Of a stretch of DNA of 64,000 bases, positions 1-9,160 are shown one piece after another; within the stretch, counting starts at the first letter, position 1, and each line of letters starts with the position of its first letter. Position numbers and translations under genes: made by a program. Source of the stretch: Verrucomicrobiia bacterium (GTDB lineage: Bacteria > Verrucomicrobiota > Verrucomicrobiia > Limisphaerales > UBA11358); NCBI GenBank assembly GCA_035545995.1, contig DASZXH010000072.1:18407-82406 (forward strand), in the 5' to 3' direction. The notes under the pieces were generated by a model. It did no database searches, was not told the origin of the DNA, and saw nothing but the letters and a program-made list of their open reading frames with translations.

Positions 1-2
1 CA

Positions 3-2306
3 CAAGGAGCGCAAGGCGCTCCGGCCGGTTTGCTGCAACCTTATGAATACAATAGTTCGGCTTTGCGGACGGATACGTTGAACAATGTTCCCGCCGGAAC
101 GTATAATCTTTACCTTTATGGCATCAACAACACCGGCACGCGGGGAACAACTTATACCGTGTCCACGCCGGTGATGGCTCCGGTCACCCAAAGCACGGTC
201 AACACTCCGGCCAGCTTGACGGCTTTTGTGCCGGGCGCGAATTATGTCGTGTTTAGCAACGTCATCGTGGGCGCGGTGGGTACAATCACCTTCACATGGA
301 TTGGCAACCCGGATGTCACGCTTACCGGAAATAACGAAGGCGATTTGAACGCGATTCAATTGGTTTCTGTTTCGACGAATACTATTGTCACCAATCCGGC
401 TCCGAATTTTGGTCCGAATGTTTTAATCTTCAATCCTTCGATGTCCATGGGGTCAATCCAAAACACGGTGAGCGGCGTGTTTGTGAACCAGCAAAACAAT
501 CAATTCGGCAACAATCGTTACGCTTTTCTCTTCATGCCGGGGCAATACACCAATCTGGATGTTAACGTGGGTTTTTACACGGAAGTTTTGGGTTTGGGAC
601 AGATGCCGGATGACGTGACCATCAGCGGCAATGTGCGCTCGGTCGGCATTTTGGCCAATGACAATGCCACACAAAATTTTTGGAGAGCGGCGGGAAACTT
701 CGCGGTGATTCCGACGGCCACGACCGGCAGTTCGCTGGAAGCCAATAACACCATGACTTGGGCCGTCTCCCAAGGCACTTCCCTGCGCCGGATGCACGTA
801 AAAGGCAATTTGAATCTGGCCGATACCGTGAGTGGCGCTTATTCGAGCGGCGGTTTTCTCGCGGATTCCAAAGTGGATGCCACCGTCAGTTCCATCACGC
901 AACAACAATGGCTTTCCCGCAATGATGTTTGGGGAAGTTGGTCGGGACAAAATTGGAACATGGTGTTTGTCGGCGTTTCCAATCCGCCTTCGGGAACCTG
1001 GCCCGGCTCCAAATACACGGTCGTCACCAACACGCCTTACATTGCCGAAAAACCCTACCTCTACGTTGACGGCGACGGCAATTACAACGTCAGAGTTCCC
1101 GCGCTTTCAACGAATGGAATTTCCGGCGTCACCTGGAACAACGGCCAAACGCCCGGAGTTTCAATTCCCATCGGCCAATTTTACATCGCACAATCGGGAG
1201 TGGACAACGCGGGAAGCATTAATGCCGCGCTTGATTCGGGCTTGAATCTGATTTTGACTCCCGGTGTTTACACTCTGACCAATAGCATTCTCGTAACCCG
1301 GCCGGACACGGTCGTTCTGGGATTGGGTTATCCGACGCTGATTCCGGCCAATGGATTTCCTTCCATGGTGATTTCCGATGTGGACGGTGTGAAGGTCGCA
1401 GGAATTCTTTTTGATGCCGGCACGGTCGCGTCACCGACATTGTTGCAAGTGGGAACGATGCCCAGTTCGGCAAATCACTCGGCGGATCCGATTTGTTTAT
1501 ACGACATTTGCGCCCGCGTCGGCGGTGTATTCGCGGCAAAAGCGACCAGTTGTGTCACTATCAATGCAAATGGTGTCATCGGCGATAATTTCTGGCTGTG
1601 GCGCGCCGACCACGGCAATTCTGGGACCGTGGGATGGACGACGAATCCAAGCAACAACGGCTTGATTGTCAACGGCGACAACGTGACCATCTACGGACTT
1701 TTTGTCGAACATCACGAACAATACCAAACTTTATGGAATGGCAATTGGGGGCGCGTTTATTTTTATCAATCCGAATTGCCTTACGACGCTCCGTCTCAAG
1801 CCGCATGGTCGCACGATGGTGTCAATGGTTATGCTTCCTACAAAGTCGCCGATTCCGTCGCCAGCCATCAGGCTTATGGACTTGGCGTTTATGGCGTGTT
1901 CACCAGTTCAACTACCAAATGTTTTAACGCCATCGAGACTCCGACCAATTCGCAACAGGTCAACATGCACGACATGATCAATGTTTATATCACCGGCCAA
2001 AGCGGCAGCGAAATGACACACATCATCAATGGCACCGGCAACACGCTCAACACCGGCGTCACCACTGCGACCGCGAATTATCTTTGGCCCTACCCGAATT
2101 TCACCATCATTGCAAATACCAGTGGAACCGGCATCAATATCTCATTTCCTACCGAATCCCGTTTTTCCTACCAACTCCAATATAAAAACACGCTCACCGA
2201 CCTCACCTGGTTGAACTTCAGAAATCCGGTCAGTGGCAATGACGCATTGCAATCCATGACCGACCCGACCGGGGCGAACCGGTTTTATCGCGTCGTTTAT
2301 TACTGA
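3..2306 (+). CDS. Secreted right-handed beta-helix (pectin-lyase-fold) glycosidase-like protein, 5'-partial
   Basis: The frame is open to the left window edge (no stop from nt 3) and there is no signal peptide at the TTG at 30. Gly/Asn/Thr/Val-rich beta-helix-like repeats such as GVYTLTNSILVTRPDTVVLGLGYPTL and DNFWLWRADHG. C-terminal beta-sandwich ends ...RFYRVVYY. Confidence 0.55.
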   Translation, partial: QGAQGAPAGLLQPYEYNSSALRTDTLNNVPAGTYNLYLYGINNTGTRGTTYTVSTPVMAPVTQSTVNTPASLTAFVPGANYVVFSNVIVGAVGTITFTWIGNPDVTLTGNNEGDLNAIQLVSVSTNTIVTNPAPNFGPNVLIFNPSMSMGSIQNTVSGVFVNQQNNQFGNNRYAFLFMPGQYTNLDVNVGFYTEVLGLGQMPDDVTISGNVRSVGILANDNATQNFWRAAGNFAVIPTATTGSSLEANNTMTWAVSQGTSLRRMHVKGNLNLADTVSGAYSSGGFLADSKVDATVSSITQQQWLSRNDVWGSWSGQNWNMVFVGVSNPPSGTWPGSKYTVVTNTPYIAEKPYLYVDGDGNYNVRVPALSTNGISGVTWNNGQTPGVSIPIGQFYIAQSGVDNAGSINAALDSGLNLILTPGVYTLTNSILVTRPDTVVLGLGYPTLIPANGFPSMVISDVDGVKVAGILFDAGTVASPTLLQVGTMPSSANHSADPICLYDICARVGGVFAAKATSCVTINANGVIGDNFWLWRADHGNSGTVGWTTNPSNNGLIVNGDNVTIYGLFVEHHEQYQTLWNGNWGRVYFYQSELPYDAPSQAAWSHDGVNGYASYKVADSVASHQAYGLGVYGVFTSSTTKCFNAIETPTNSQQVNMHDMINVYITGQSGSEMTHIINGTGNTLNTGVTTATANYLWPYPNFTIIANTSGTGINISFPTESRFSYQLQYKNTLTDLTWLNFRNPVSGNDALQSMTDPTGANRFYRVVYY

Positions 2307-2360
2307 ACGACGCTTTGCCTTTGCGACTGAACGATTCCGCTTTATATTCGTCCAACGGAT

Positions 2361-2624
2361 ATGACGAAACAGCAAGTTCTCGACCTTTATTTTCTCGACG
2401 CGCGGTACAAGCTCATCGAACTCGCCGCGTTTCTCGACCGCGTGGAACGCGCCGACGGCAAAGACGATTTTCGTCTGACAAATTTTCGCGCTGCGCTCGG
2501 CGAATTGACCAGTCGCGAAAAGCAAAAGGCAAAAAACGTCCTGCTTAAATTCAGCGACCCAACAATAAAGCCGATTGAAAAGGCGGCGGGCAAAGGTGCG
2601 TGCGGCGCGTGGTTGAAAAAGTAG
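2361..2624 (+). CDS. Small conserved hypothetical protein
   Basis: 87-aa ORF with no competing ORF of better quality and balanced composition. Function unknown. Confidence 0.45.
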   Translation: MTKQQVLDLYFLDARYKLIELAAFLDRVERADGKDDFRLTNFRAALGELTSREKQKAKNVLLKFSDPTIKPIEKAAGKGACGAWLKK

Positions 2625-2668
2625 ATATACAAATTTGAACAGTTCGGTGTCTATTTAATGAAAACTGA

Positions 2669-3130
2669 ATGTTCACAAAGGTTCATACCATGAAAAAGTT
2701 CACGATTGTTGGATTGTTAGGCGTAATTATCATTGTGTGTCTGTTGTTGTATTGGCAACACGACAAGGCTTCAGAATTTGACAGAGACTTTCGCCAAAAC
2801 TTAACTGGAACTTGGTTGCGGGAGGAGGATAATCTTCCGCACGGAGTAGGTATGCCACAAAATATGCGATGCACAAACATTGTCGCACCAGATGGTAGTT
2901 TTGTAGAGTTATCATGGTTTAGTCATCCTGACCGCACAAATACATATCGGCAGACAGGCACATGGATTGTGAAAAATAGACATTTGATTGAAACAGTAAA
3001 AACCAGCACTAACCCAAGTGAAGTTACGCCACATATTGGCACCGGACGGATTATTAGTGCGGATGCACGCGGGTTTACCCTGCGATGGCAGAACTCCAAT
3101 GAGTCGGTATGGAAAAAAATCATCCAATAA
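2669..3130 (+). CDS. Membrane-anchored hypothetical protein
   Basis: 153-aa ORF with an N-terminal hydrophobic anchor (FTIVGLLGVIIIVCLLLYW). Locally low GC. Alternative ATG at 2690. Confidence 0.5.
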   Translation: MFTKVHTMKKFTIVGLLGVIIIVCLLLYWQHDKASEFDRDFRQNLTGTWLREEDNLPHGVGMPQNMRCTNIVAPDGSFVELSWFSHPDRTNTYRQTGTWIVKNRHLIETVKTSTNPSEVTPHIGTGRIISADARGFTLRWQNSNESVWKKIIQ

Positions 3131-3134
3131 AGCC

Positions 3135-3263
3135 ATACGTTACATCAAACCGCACGCCTACATGGTCAACCGCACGATGGATGATTACGAACGCATGGCG
3201 CTCGCCGGCTGCGAGGCCGTCGGATGCATGGAATTCTGGCAGGTTGCTTACTTTTTAGCTTGA
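3135..3263 (+). pseudogene. N-terminal fragment of a TIM-barrel metal-dependent hydrolase (TatD/amidohydrolase-like)
   Basis: IRYIKPHAYMVNRTMDDYERMALAGCEAV resembles the N-terminus of metal-dependent hydrolases (xPHxH motif). ATA sits where ATG is expected, and the frame stops after about 40 codons. Confidence 0.35.
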
Positions 3264-3304
3264 AGAAACAGGCTCGGAGAAGTTCGGAAACGCCGGCGGA
3301 AACA

Positions 3305-3687
3305 GGTGGCAAAATACTGGCTGGAGTTGAATCTATTGGCAAACGCAATTTCCGTGACGGAAAGTCCGGACTATTCGCGCAACTGTTTTGCTGCGCGATC
3401 CAGACGGTATTGACTTAAAAGCGCTCGCGCTTGATCATTCGCATACAGGCGTGCGGTTCAATTGCATTTGTCCCGGTCGCGTCGAAACGCCGTTTGTGCT
3501 CGCGCGGCTCAAGGAGCATCCTGGCCTACAGGCCGCGTATCGCGGCATGGCCACGATGCAATTGAATGGTCGCATGGCGAAGTCTGAAGAAATCGCCGCC
3601 GCCGCGCTGTATCTCGCCGCGGATGAAAGCGCGATGGTCACGGGCAGCGCGTTGATGATTGACGGCGGCTGGAGCGCGGGAAAATAA
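3305..3687 (+). pseudogene. Short-chain dehydrogenase/reductase remnant (frameshifted, N-terminal Rossmann half missing)
   Basis: The C-terminal SDR sequence is clear: ...KALALDHSHTGVRFNCICPGRVETPF...YLAADESAMVTGSALMIDGGWSAGK. The upstream part (GGKILAGVES...FCCAIQTVLT) lies in another frame with a degraded YxxxK region. No NAD-binding TGxxxGxG segment is present. Confidence 0.6.
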
Positions 3688-3690
3688 TTT

Positions 3691-4506
3691 ATGAAAATCA
3701 TTCGTTGTCTCGACATCAAAGGAAACATTGTTCACGCCGCGCAACAGGCGAATGGTTCGGCGTTGAAAATTTCCGGCGACATTTTTGATTCGCCAAAAAT
3801 CACAACCGAAAAAGTTGAGGTGAAAAAATTGCTCGCGCCAGTTCAGCCAAGTTCAATTATTTGCATCGGTTTGAATTATCGCAAACACGCGGCGGAAACG
3901 GGCGCGAAAATTCCCGAAACGCCGGTCGTTTTTTTCAAAGGCATCAACACGCTGCAAAATCCGGGCGACGCGATTGAAATTCCGACGCATTTGCGCAGCG
4001 ATGAAGTGGATTATGAATGTGAACTAGCGGTCGTCATTGGCCGCAAATGCAAAAATGCTTCGCGGCAAAACGCTTTGGATTTTGTGCTCGGTTACACGTG
4101 CGCCAACGACGTCAGTGCGCGCGACTGGCAAATCAAACGCGGCGGCGGCCAATGGAGTCGCGGCAAAAGCTTCGACACATTCAGTCCGCTTGGTCCGGTT
4201 TTGGTCACGCGTGATGAAATCCCAAATCCAAATGCGCTGAAAATCAAAACGATTTTGAACGGCGAAATCATGCAGGATTGGAATACGAACGACATGATTT
4301 TTGACGTGCCGGCGTTGATTGAATTTTTGAGCGGCAGCACGACGTTGCTGCCCGGCACGGTGGTTTTGACCGGCACGCCGCACGGCGTCGGCATGGCGCA
4401 AAAACCGCCGCGCTGGTTGAAGCCCGGCGACAGCGTCATTGTTGAAATCGAAAAAATCGGCGCGCTGACCAATCCAGTGGCCGAGGAGCCTCAATCAAAA
4501 CAATAA
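3691..4506 (+). CDS. Fumarylacetoacetate hydrolase (FAH) family protein
   Basis: 271 aa with typical FAH-family motifs (IICIGLNYRKHAAE, DYECELAVVIG, TGTPHGVG). Confidence 0.85.
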   Translation: MKIIRCLDIKGNIVHAAQQANGSALKISGDIFDSPKITTEKVEVKKLLAPVQPSSIICIGLNYRKHAAETGAKIPETPVVFFKGINTLQNPGDAIEIPTHLRSDEVDYECELAVVIGRKCKNASRQNALDFVLGYTCANDVSARDWQIKRGGGQWSRGKSFDTFSPLGPVLVTRDEIPNPNALKIKTILNGEIMQDWNTNDMIFDVPALIEFLSGSTTLLPGTVVLTGTPHGVGMAQKPPRWLKPGDSVIVEIEKIGALTNPVAEEPQSKQ

Positions 4507-5298
4507 ATGAAGTCGAATCCATCATCCGTTTTCGGACTGGCAACGATTTTGGTTTTTCTGAGCTTTCCAATTTTGGCGCAAACGCCGTCACTCGATGAGA
4601 TGGCCGGCAATTGGCTGCCGATGAAGAACGTGGCCAATCCACCGGACGTGAACAATTTTCATGACATGCTGATTATCGGCCGGGACCTGACTTCTTTTTA
4701 CTACAATCCCGGAGATTGGTTATGGGGATGGGGAGATGAAAAGTGGAGTGCCGGCTATCCGCTGGTCACGCTGACCATTGCGGGCAAGGAATATCCGGCG
4801 ACGGAGTGTCGTTGGTATCCATATCGCGCTTTGCGCCGTAATACGAATTGCTCGGGGCTTGAAGTGGAAACGGACACGCGAATGATCAATGAACAGCGAG
4901 CTGTCCTCGAGCGAATTGAAATTACGAATCCAAGTTCGACCAAAACAAATATTGAAATCACATTGTCGGTTTCAGGCATTTTGCAGGCCGATGGAATATC
5001 GGTGCTCAATACCAAACAGCGTAAAGGTTTTGTGACGATGGTTTGTCCCGCAACCAAACCTGATTCGGTGACGAATGACAATGGCATTGTTCACTGGCAA
5101 TGGAATCTGTCGCTGCCAGCGGGAAGCACGAATGAAATTGGATTTGTCGCAGGCGACGGGCGCGCGGAAGACGCGCCAAAAGTCCAAGTGGATGTGATGC
5201 GCTGGACGGCGAATTTTTCCAAAGAATTCAACGGCTTCAAGCAATGTTGGGAGCAACGAAATGCTATTGCAAAGCCAAGAGGCGATGGTTTCCAGTAA
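4507..5298 (+). CDS. Secreted hypothetical protein, probably 3'-truncated
   Basis: Signal peptide (VFGLATILVFLSFPILAQ). The ORF ends where the minus-strand integrase remnant begins (about 5285), which suggests truncation by an insertion. Confidence 0.4.
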   Translation: MKSNPSSVFGLATILVFLSFPILAQTPSLDEMAGNWLPMKNVANPPDVNNFHDMLIIGRDLTSFYYNPGDWLWGWGDEKWSAGYPLVTLTIAGKEYPATECRWYPYRALRRNTNCSGLEVETDTRMINEQRAVLERIEITNPSSTKTNIEITLSVSGILQADGISVLNTKQRKGFVTMVCPATKPDSVTNDNGIVHWQWNLSLPAGSTNEIGFVAGDGRAEDAPKVQVDVMRWTANFSKEFNGFKQCWEQRNAIAKPRGDGFQ

Positions 5299-5623
5299 TT
5301 TCTTTTTTCGCAATTCATCCAGCAACGGCGATTGAAACGCAGTTTTGTAACGCTCACGGCTGCTGTCTTCGCCGCGCGTCTGCATTTGGTCCATCATGTC
5401 TTGCCAAGTGCGTTGGGCAAAAACGGGATCGCTGACGGTCAAATACGCTTTGGCCAAGTGCGGATTCAAGGTTGGCTACCGGTACGCTTCGTTCAGCGCG
5501 TTTATTTAATAACCCCGATGCTTCGGTCTCGTCGCATATCCGCAGGCTCTTTTGTTTGCCGGTGGCTGTGTCTTCCGTGTAGAATACGCCTCGACGACGG
5601 AATAGTTTACATTCCGCTTTCAT
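5285..5623 (-). pseudogene. Tyrosine-recombinase/phage-integrase N-terminal remnant (frameshifted, truncated)
   Basis: MKAECKLFRRRGVFYTEDTATGKQKSLRICDETEASGLLNKR continues in a second frame as LNPHLAKAYLTVSDPVFAQRTWQDMMDQM. This matches the N-terminal arm-binding region of integrases as I recall it. The catalytic domain is absent. Confidence 0.5.
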
Positions 5624-5750
5624 GTTTCAGCAAATTTTCGCCATTAGTGACGAATTATATTTCAGTTCACTATTTACTGACGTTTCTGCTGACAGTGGCC
5701 GTTTCCTCGTCAAGTAAACCCTTGTCAATTCAAGGGCTTTACTAACTTGA

Positions 5751-5863
5751 CACGGACGAAACACGGATTTTAGACACGAATTACACAGATTTTCACTAAT
5801 TGATTTTCCATTCGTGTTAATTTGTGAAATTCGTGTCAAAGTTTTTTCTGTGTTTCGTCCGTG
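5751..5863. repeat. Nested imperfect inverted repeat (hairpin element)
   Basis: cacggacgaaacac (5751-5764) pairs perfectly with gtgtttcgtccgtg (5850-5863). The inner gacacgaatt (5773-5782) pairs with aattcgtgtc (5828-5837). There is an extra attcgtgt copy at 5809-5816. Confidence 0.8.
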
Positions 5864-5895
5864 TTCAATCTGTGGCTAAATAAGTCTTTAAATTT

Positions 5896-6855
5896 GTGGC
5901 TACGGAAATTCTCCATTTTGAAAATGCGCGGTTGGCGCAGCAGTTGTTCAATCATGAGCCGCGCAATCTTGCGTCGCTGGAAACTGAACTCGGCGTGAAG
6001 GCAACGGCGCGCGAGGGCTGGATTAAATTGGAAGGCGCAACGGACGGCATCGAACGCGCAAAACAACTTTTTGTTTCGCTGGAAAATTTGCTGAAGGCCG
6101 GCTCGCAAATCCGCAATCGGGAATTTGCGCACGCGCTGAATGTTGTGAAACACGAAGGCGCGGAGACGTTGAAAAATTTGATGAGTGACCGCGTGCAGAC
6201 GCACGAACGGCGTCCAGGTGTGACGGCGAAAACGGTCGGGCAAAAAAAATACCTCGACGCAATCCGCAAGCATGACGTGACGTTCGGCATTGGGCCGGCG
6301 GGCACGGGAAAAACTTATTTAGCGGTGGCGACGGCATTGTCGGCGTTGCGCGAAGGCAAAGTTTCGCGAATCATTTTGACGCGGCCAGCGGTCGAAGCAG
6401 GCGAAGCGCTCGGTTTTTTGCCGGGCGACCTTTACGAAAAAATCACGCCGTATTTGCGTCCACTGCACGACGCGTTGCACGACATGCTGCCCGCCGAAGA
6501 AATCCAAAAATTGATGGAGCGCGGCACGATTGAAATCGCTCCCCTCGCCTATATGCGTGGACGCACGTTGAACAACGCATTCATCATTTTGGACGAAGCG
6601 CAAAATTCCACGACGGAACAAATGCTGATGTTTCTCACGCGGCTCGGCCACGGCTCGAAAGCGGTCATCACCGGCGACGAAACGCAGATTGATTTGCCGC
6701 CGCACAAACATTCCGGTTTGGTCGAGGCGCATCGCGCGTTGAGAGATGTTGACGACATCGCGGTTGTGGAATTTTCCAAGCGCGATGTCGTTCGCCATCC
6801 GCTCGTGCAAAAAATCATTACAGCTTACGAAGAGCATCGCGGTCAAAAAAGTTAA
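5896..6855 (+). CDS. phoH: PhoH-like ATPase
   Basis: 319 aa with Walker A GPAGTGKTYLAVA and PhoH-family conservation throughout. GTG start. Confidence 0.9.
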   Translation: MATEILHFENARLAQQLFNHEPRNLASLETELGVKATAREGWIKLEGATDGIERAKQLFVSLENLLKAGSQIRNREFAHALNVVKHEGAETLKNLMSDRVQTHERRPGVTAKTVGQKKYLDAIRKHDVTFGIGPAGTGKTYLAVATALSALREGKVSRIILTRPAVEAGEALGFLPGDLYEKITPYLRPLHDALHDMLPAEEIQKLMERGTIEIAPLAYMRGRTLNNAFIILDEAQNSTTEQMLMFLTRLGHGSKAVITGDETQIDLPPHKHSGLVEAHRALRDVDDIAVVEFSKRDVVRHPLVQKIITAYEEHRGQKS

Positions 6856-6929
6856 ATTGTTGAATCATTGAATCGTTAAATCGAAAATGTCTTTCGCCAA
6901 TTCAACAATTCAACAATTGAATAAATCAA
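6852..6929. repeat. Two opposed 4 x 8-nt tandem arrays flanking the ybeY start codon
   Basis: Left array: ttaaattg ttgaatca ttgaatcg ttaaatcg (6852-6883). Right array: caattcaa caattcaa caattgaa taaatcaa (6898-6929). The arrays are roughly reverse-complementary (23/32 positions). Confidence 0.8.
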
Positions 6930-7402
6930 CCATCACCATTGCCAATCGTCAGCGGACGAAAATAATCAATTCGCGTTTGCTCAAGCAAATTGTGGACGAA
7001 TTATTCGCGGAATTGGAAATCACCGCGACTGAAATTGAAATCAATCTAGTCGGCGCAAAAGAGATGGCGAAAATCAATTGGAATTTTCTCCGGCATGAAG
7101 GTTCAACGGACGTGATTACGTTTGATTACGGGCAAAAAGCCCGGTTCGCGAGGGTGCTCGCCCCACCGAATTTGCACGGCGAGATTTTCATTTGCGTTGA
7201 TGACGCCATTTCGCAAGCCAAGCAGTTCAAAACAAACTGGCAATCGGAAATTGTCCATTACATTGTCCACGGCATTTTGCATTTGCTCGGCCATGACGAT
7301 TTGAAACCGGCTTTGCGTCGCAAAATGAAGCGCAAGGAAGATTCGTTGCTTCGCAAACTTTCCAAAAAATTTTCATTCGCGCAAATCGCGCGGCAATCCT
7401 AA
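6887..7402 (+). CDS. ybeY: Endoribonuclease YbeY (rRNA maturation factor)
   Basis: 171 aa with the zinc motif HGILHLLGHDD. Conserved position after phoH. Confidence 0.9.
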   Translation: MSFANSTIQQLNKSTITIANRQRTKIINSRLLKQIVDELFAELEITATEIEINLVGAKEMAKINWNFLRHEGSTDVITFDYGQKARFARVLAPPNLHGEIFICVDDAISQAKQFKTNWQSEIVHYIVHGILHLLGHDDLKPALRRKMKRKEDSLLRKLSKKFSFAQIARQS

Positions 7403-7405
7403 ACT

Positions 7406-8068
7406 TTGGGCGTGAAAAAATCTTTGTTTGCGCGCTGGCGTTCCAGCTTTTTGACGGGACTGGCCGTGATTTTGCCCGCGATCATCTCCATCGCGGCATT
7501 GTCTTGGGTTTTTAAAACGGTGTCCAACATCACGGATTTGCTGCTGTTTTTTCTGCCTAAAAATATCACACACGAAGACGGCGGCGCGGGAGTGATTCAC
7601 TGGTATTGGAGCGTGCTGGCACTCGTGTTCGCGGTTTTGCTGGTGACGATTCTCGGCGTGCTCGCGCGTTATTACATCGGTAAACGGCTCATCGCGTGGG
7701 CGGATGGATTGATGCTGCGCCTGCCGGTGTTGAACAAGATTTACGGCACTATCAAACAGGTGGACGACGCATTCACGTCCGGCAAAAAAAGTTCGTTCAA
7801 GACTGTCGCGCTCGTGGAATATCCGCGCGACGGCGTTTATTCAGTGGGCTTCATCACTAGCGAACAACCGGATGAAATCAGTCAAAGAACGGGACGAAAA
7901 TGCGTCTGCATTTTTATCCCTATGACGCCGATTCCGACGGGCGGTTTTTTGATTCTTGTGCCGGAGGAAAAAGTCATCAAACTCGACATCAGTGTCGCCG
8001 ACGGTTTCAAATACATCATCAGCCTCGGCGCAATCGCGAATGAAACTGCGCCGCCGATGATAAAATGA
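7406..8068 (+). CDS. DUF502-family membrane protein
   Basis: 220 aa with two N-terminal TM helices and a conserved soluble domain (PMTPIPTGGFLILVP), as recalled for DUF502. Confidence 0.7.
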   Translation: MGVKKSLFARWRSSFLTGLAVILPAIISIAALSWVFKTVSNITDLLLFFLPKNITHEDGGAGVIHWYWSVLALVFAVLLVTILGVLARYYIGKRLIAWADGLMLRLPVLNKIYGTIKQVDDAFTSGKKSSFKTVALVEYPRDGVYSVGFITSEQPDEISQRTGRKCVCIFIPMTPIPTGGFLILVPEEKVIKLDISVADGFKYIISLGAIANETAPPMIK

Positions 8069-8718
8069 TCGAGTCCGCCCATGGAATCGTTTTACGGACG
8101 CGCTTGCTGACGGAAACAAGTTTAATTGTTCACTGGCTCACACCGAAATTTGGCCGCATCGCCACCGTCGCCAAAGGTGCACGCCGCCCCAAATCATTGT
8201 TCGTCGGAAAACTGGATTTGTTTTATGAAGCAGATTTTTCCTTCAGCCGCAGCCGCAGTTCGGATTTGCACCATTTGCGTGAAGTCAATCTGCGCGGGAC
8301 GCACGCGCCAATTCGTCAGGACATTTTGAAATTGCAACAGGCGGCTTACGCGGCACATTTCATCGAGCAGGCGACGGAAACGGAAGCGCCGTTGCCGGAA
8401 ATTTTCGGATTGCTATGCGATTTCCTCAAATTTCTTTGCGAACAAAAAACGCTGCCGCAAAATGCGCCGCAAAACATTTTTGTGCTGGAATTGAAATTGT
8501 TGCGCGAACTCGGCTTGGAGCCGGATTTTGCGGAATCGCATCTGACGCCCGGCGCAAAAAAATTTGTCGAATTATTTTTGGAAACCGATTGGACAAATTT
8601 GGCGCGACTGAAATTGGCCAAGCCACAAATCATCGAAATTCGTCAATGGCTGCACGGATTTCTGATTTTCCATCTCGGCAAATTACCGCGCGGACGAAAT
8701 GCGGCGTTGGCAAGTTAA
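8065..8718 (+). CDS. recO: DNA repair protein RecO
   Basis: 217 aa. N-terminal OB-fold sequence GIVLRTRLLTETSLIVHWLTPKFGRIATVAKGARRPKS. 4-nt overlap with the upstream gene. Confidence 0.85.
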   Translation: MIESAHGIVLRTRLLTETSLIVHWLTPKFGRIATVAKGARRPKSLFVGKLDLFYEADFSFSRSRSSDLHHLREVNLRGTHAPIRQDILKLQQAAYAAHFIEQATETEAPLPEIFGLLCDFLKFLCEQKTLPQNAPQNIFVLELKLLRELGLEPDFAESHLTPGAKKFVELFLETDWTNLARLKLAKPQIIEIRQWLHGFLIFHLGKLPRGRNAALAS

Positions 8719-9119
8719 TTCGTAAGCTTCGGAGTGATGTGAGGCACACAATCTATTACAAATAAACGCGATGTGAAAATCAATAGCCAATAAAACGCCA
8801 ACATTTCTCGTGTTACAAAAAGAACGGCAAACAAAACGCCAGAAAAAACAGCAACTGATAAGAACAAACCAAACGCAAAAACGTCACTGACACCTTCGGT
8901 TTCTGGACTGTCTAAATGAACCATGACCGCAAAACTTGGGACAAACGCGCAAATCGCAATAAAAACAGAAGCTACCGCAAAAATAGCGCAGAATGGAATC
9001 ATAGCACCATGAACACGTCGGCAGAGTTGTAAATACCGAAGCTGCTCCGGCACTGACAAACGTGCCGTCTTCTTAAGAATATGAAAGTTTAAGAGAATTT
9101 TGGCTAACCGTGAAAGCAT
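8715..9119 (-). CDS. Hypothetical multi-pass membrane protein (low-GC)
   Basis: 134-aa ORF with about 4 hydrophobic helices. One sampled 60-nt line (8761-8820) is 33% GC. Confidence 0.45.
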   Translation of the reverse strand: MLSRLAKILLNFHILKKTARLSVPEQLRYLQLCRRVHGAMIPFCAIFAVASVFIAICAFVPSFAVMVHLDSPETEGVSDVFAFGLFLSVAVFSGVLFAVLFVTREMLAFYWLLIFTSRLFVIDCVPHITPKLTN

Positions 9120-9160
9120 ACGCCATTACGCTTAACTTTTAGTTAGAATGCAAACAAGTT

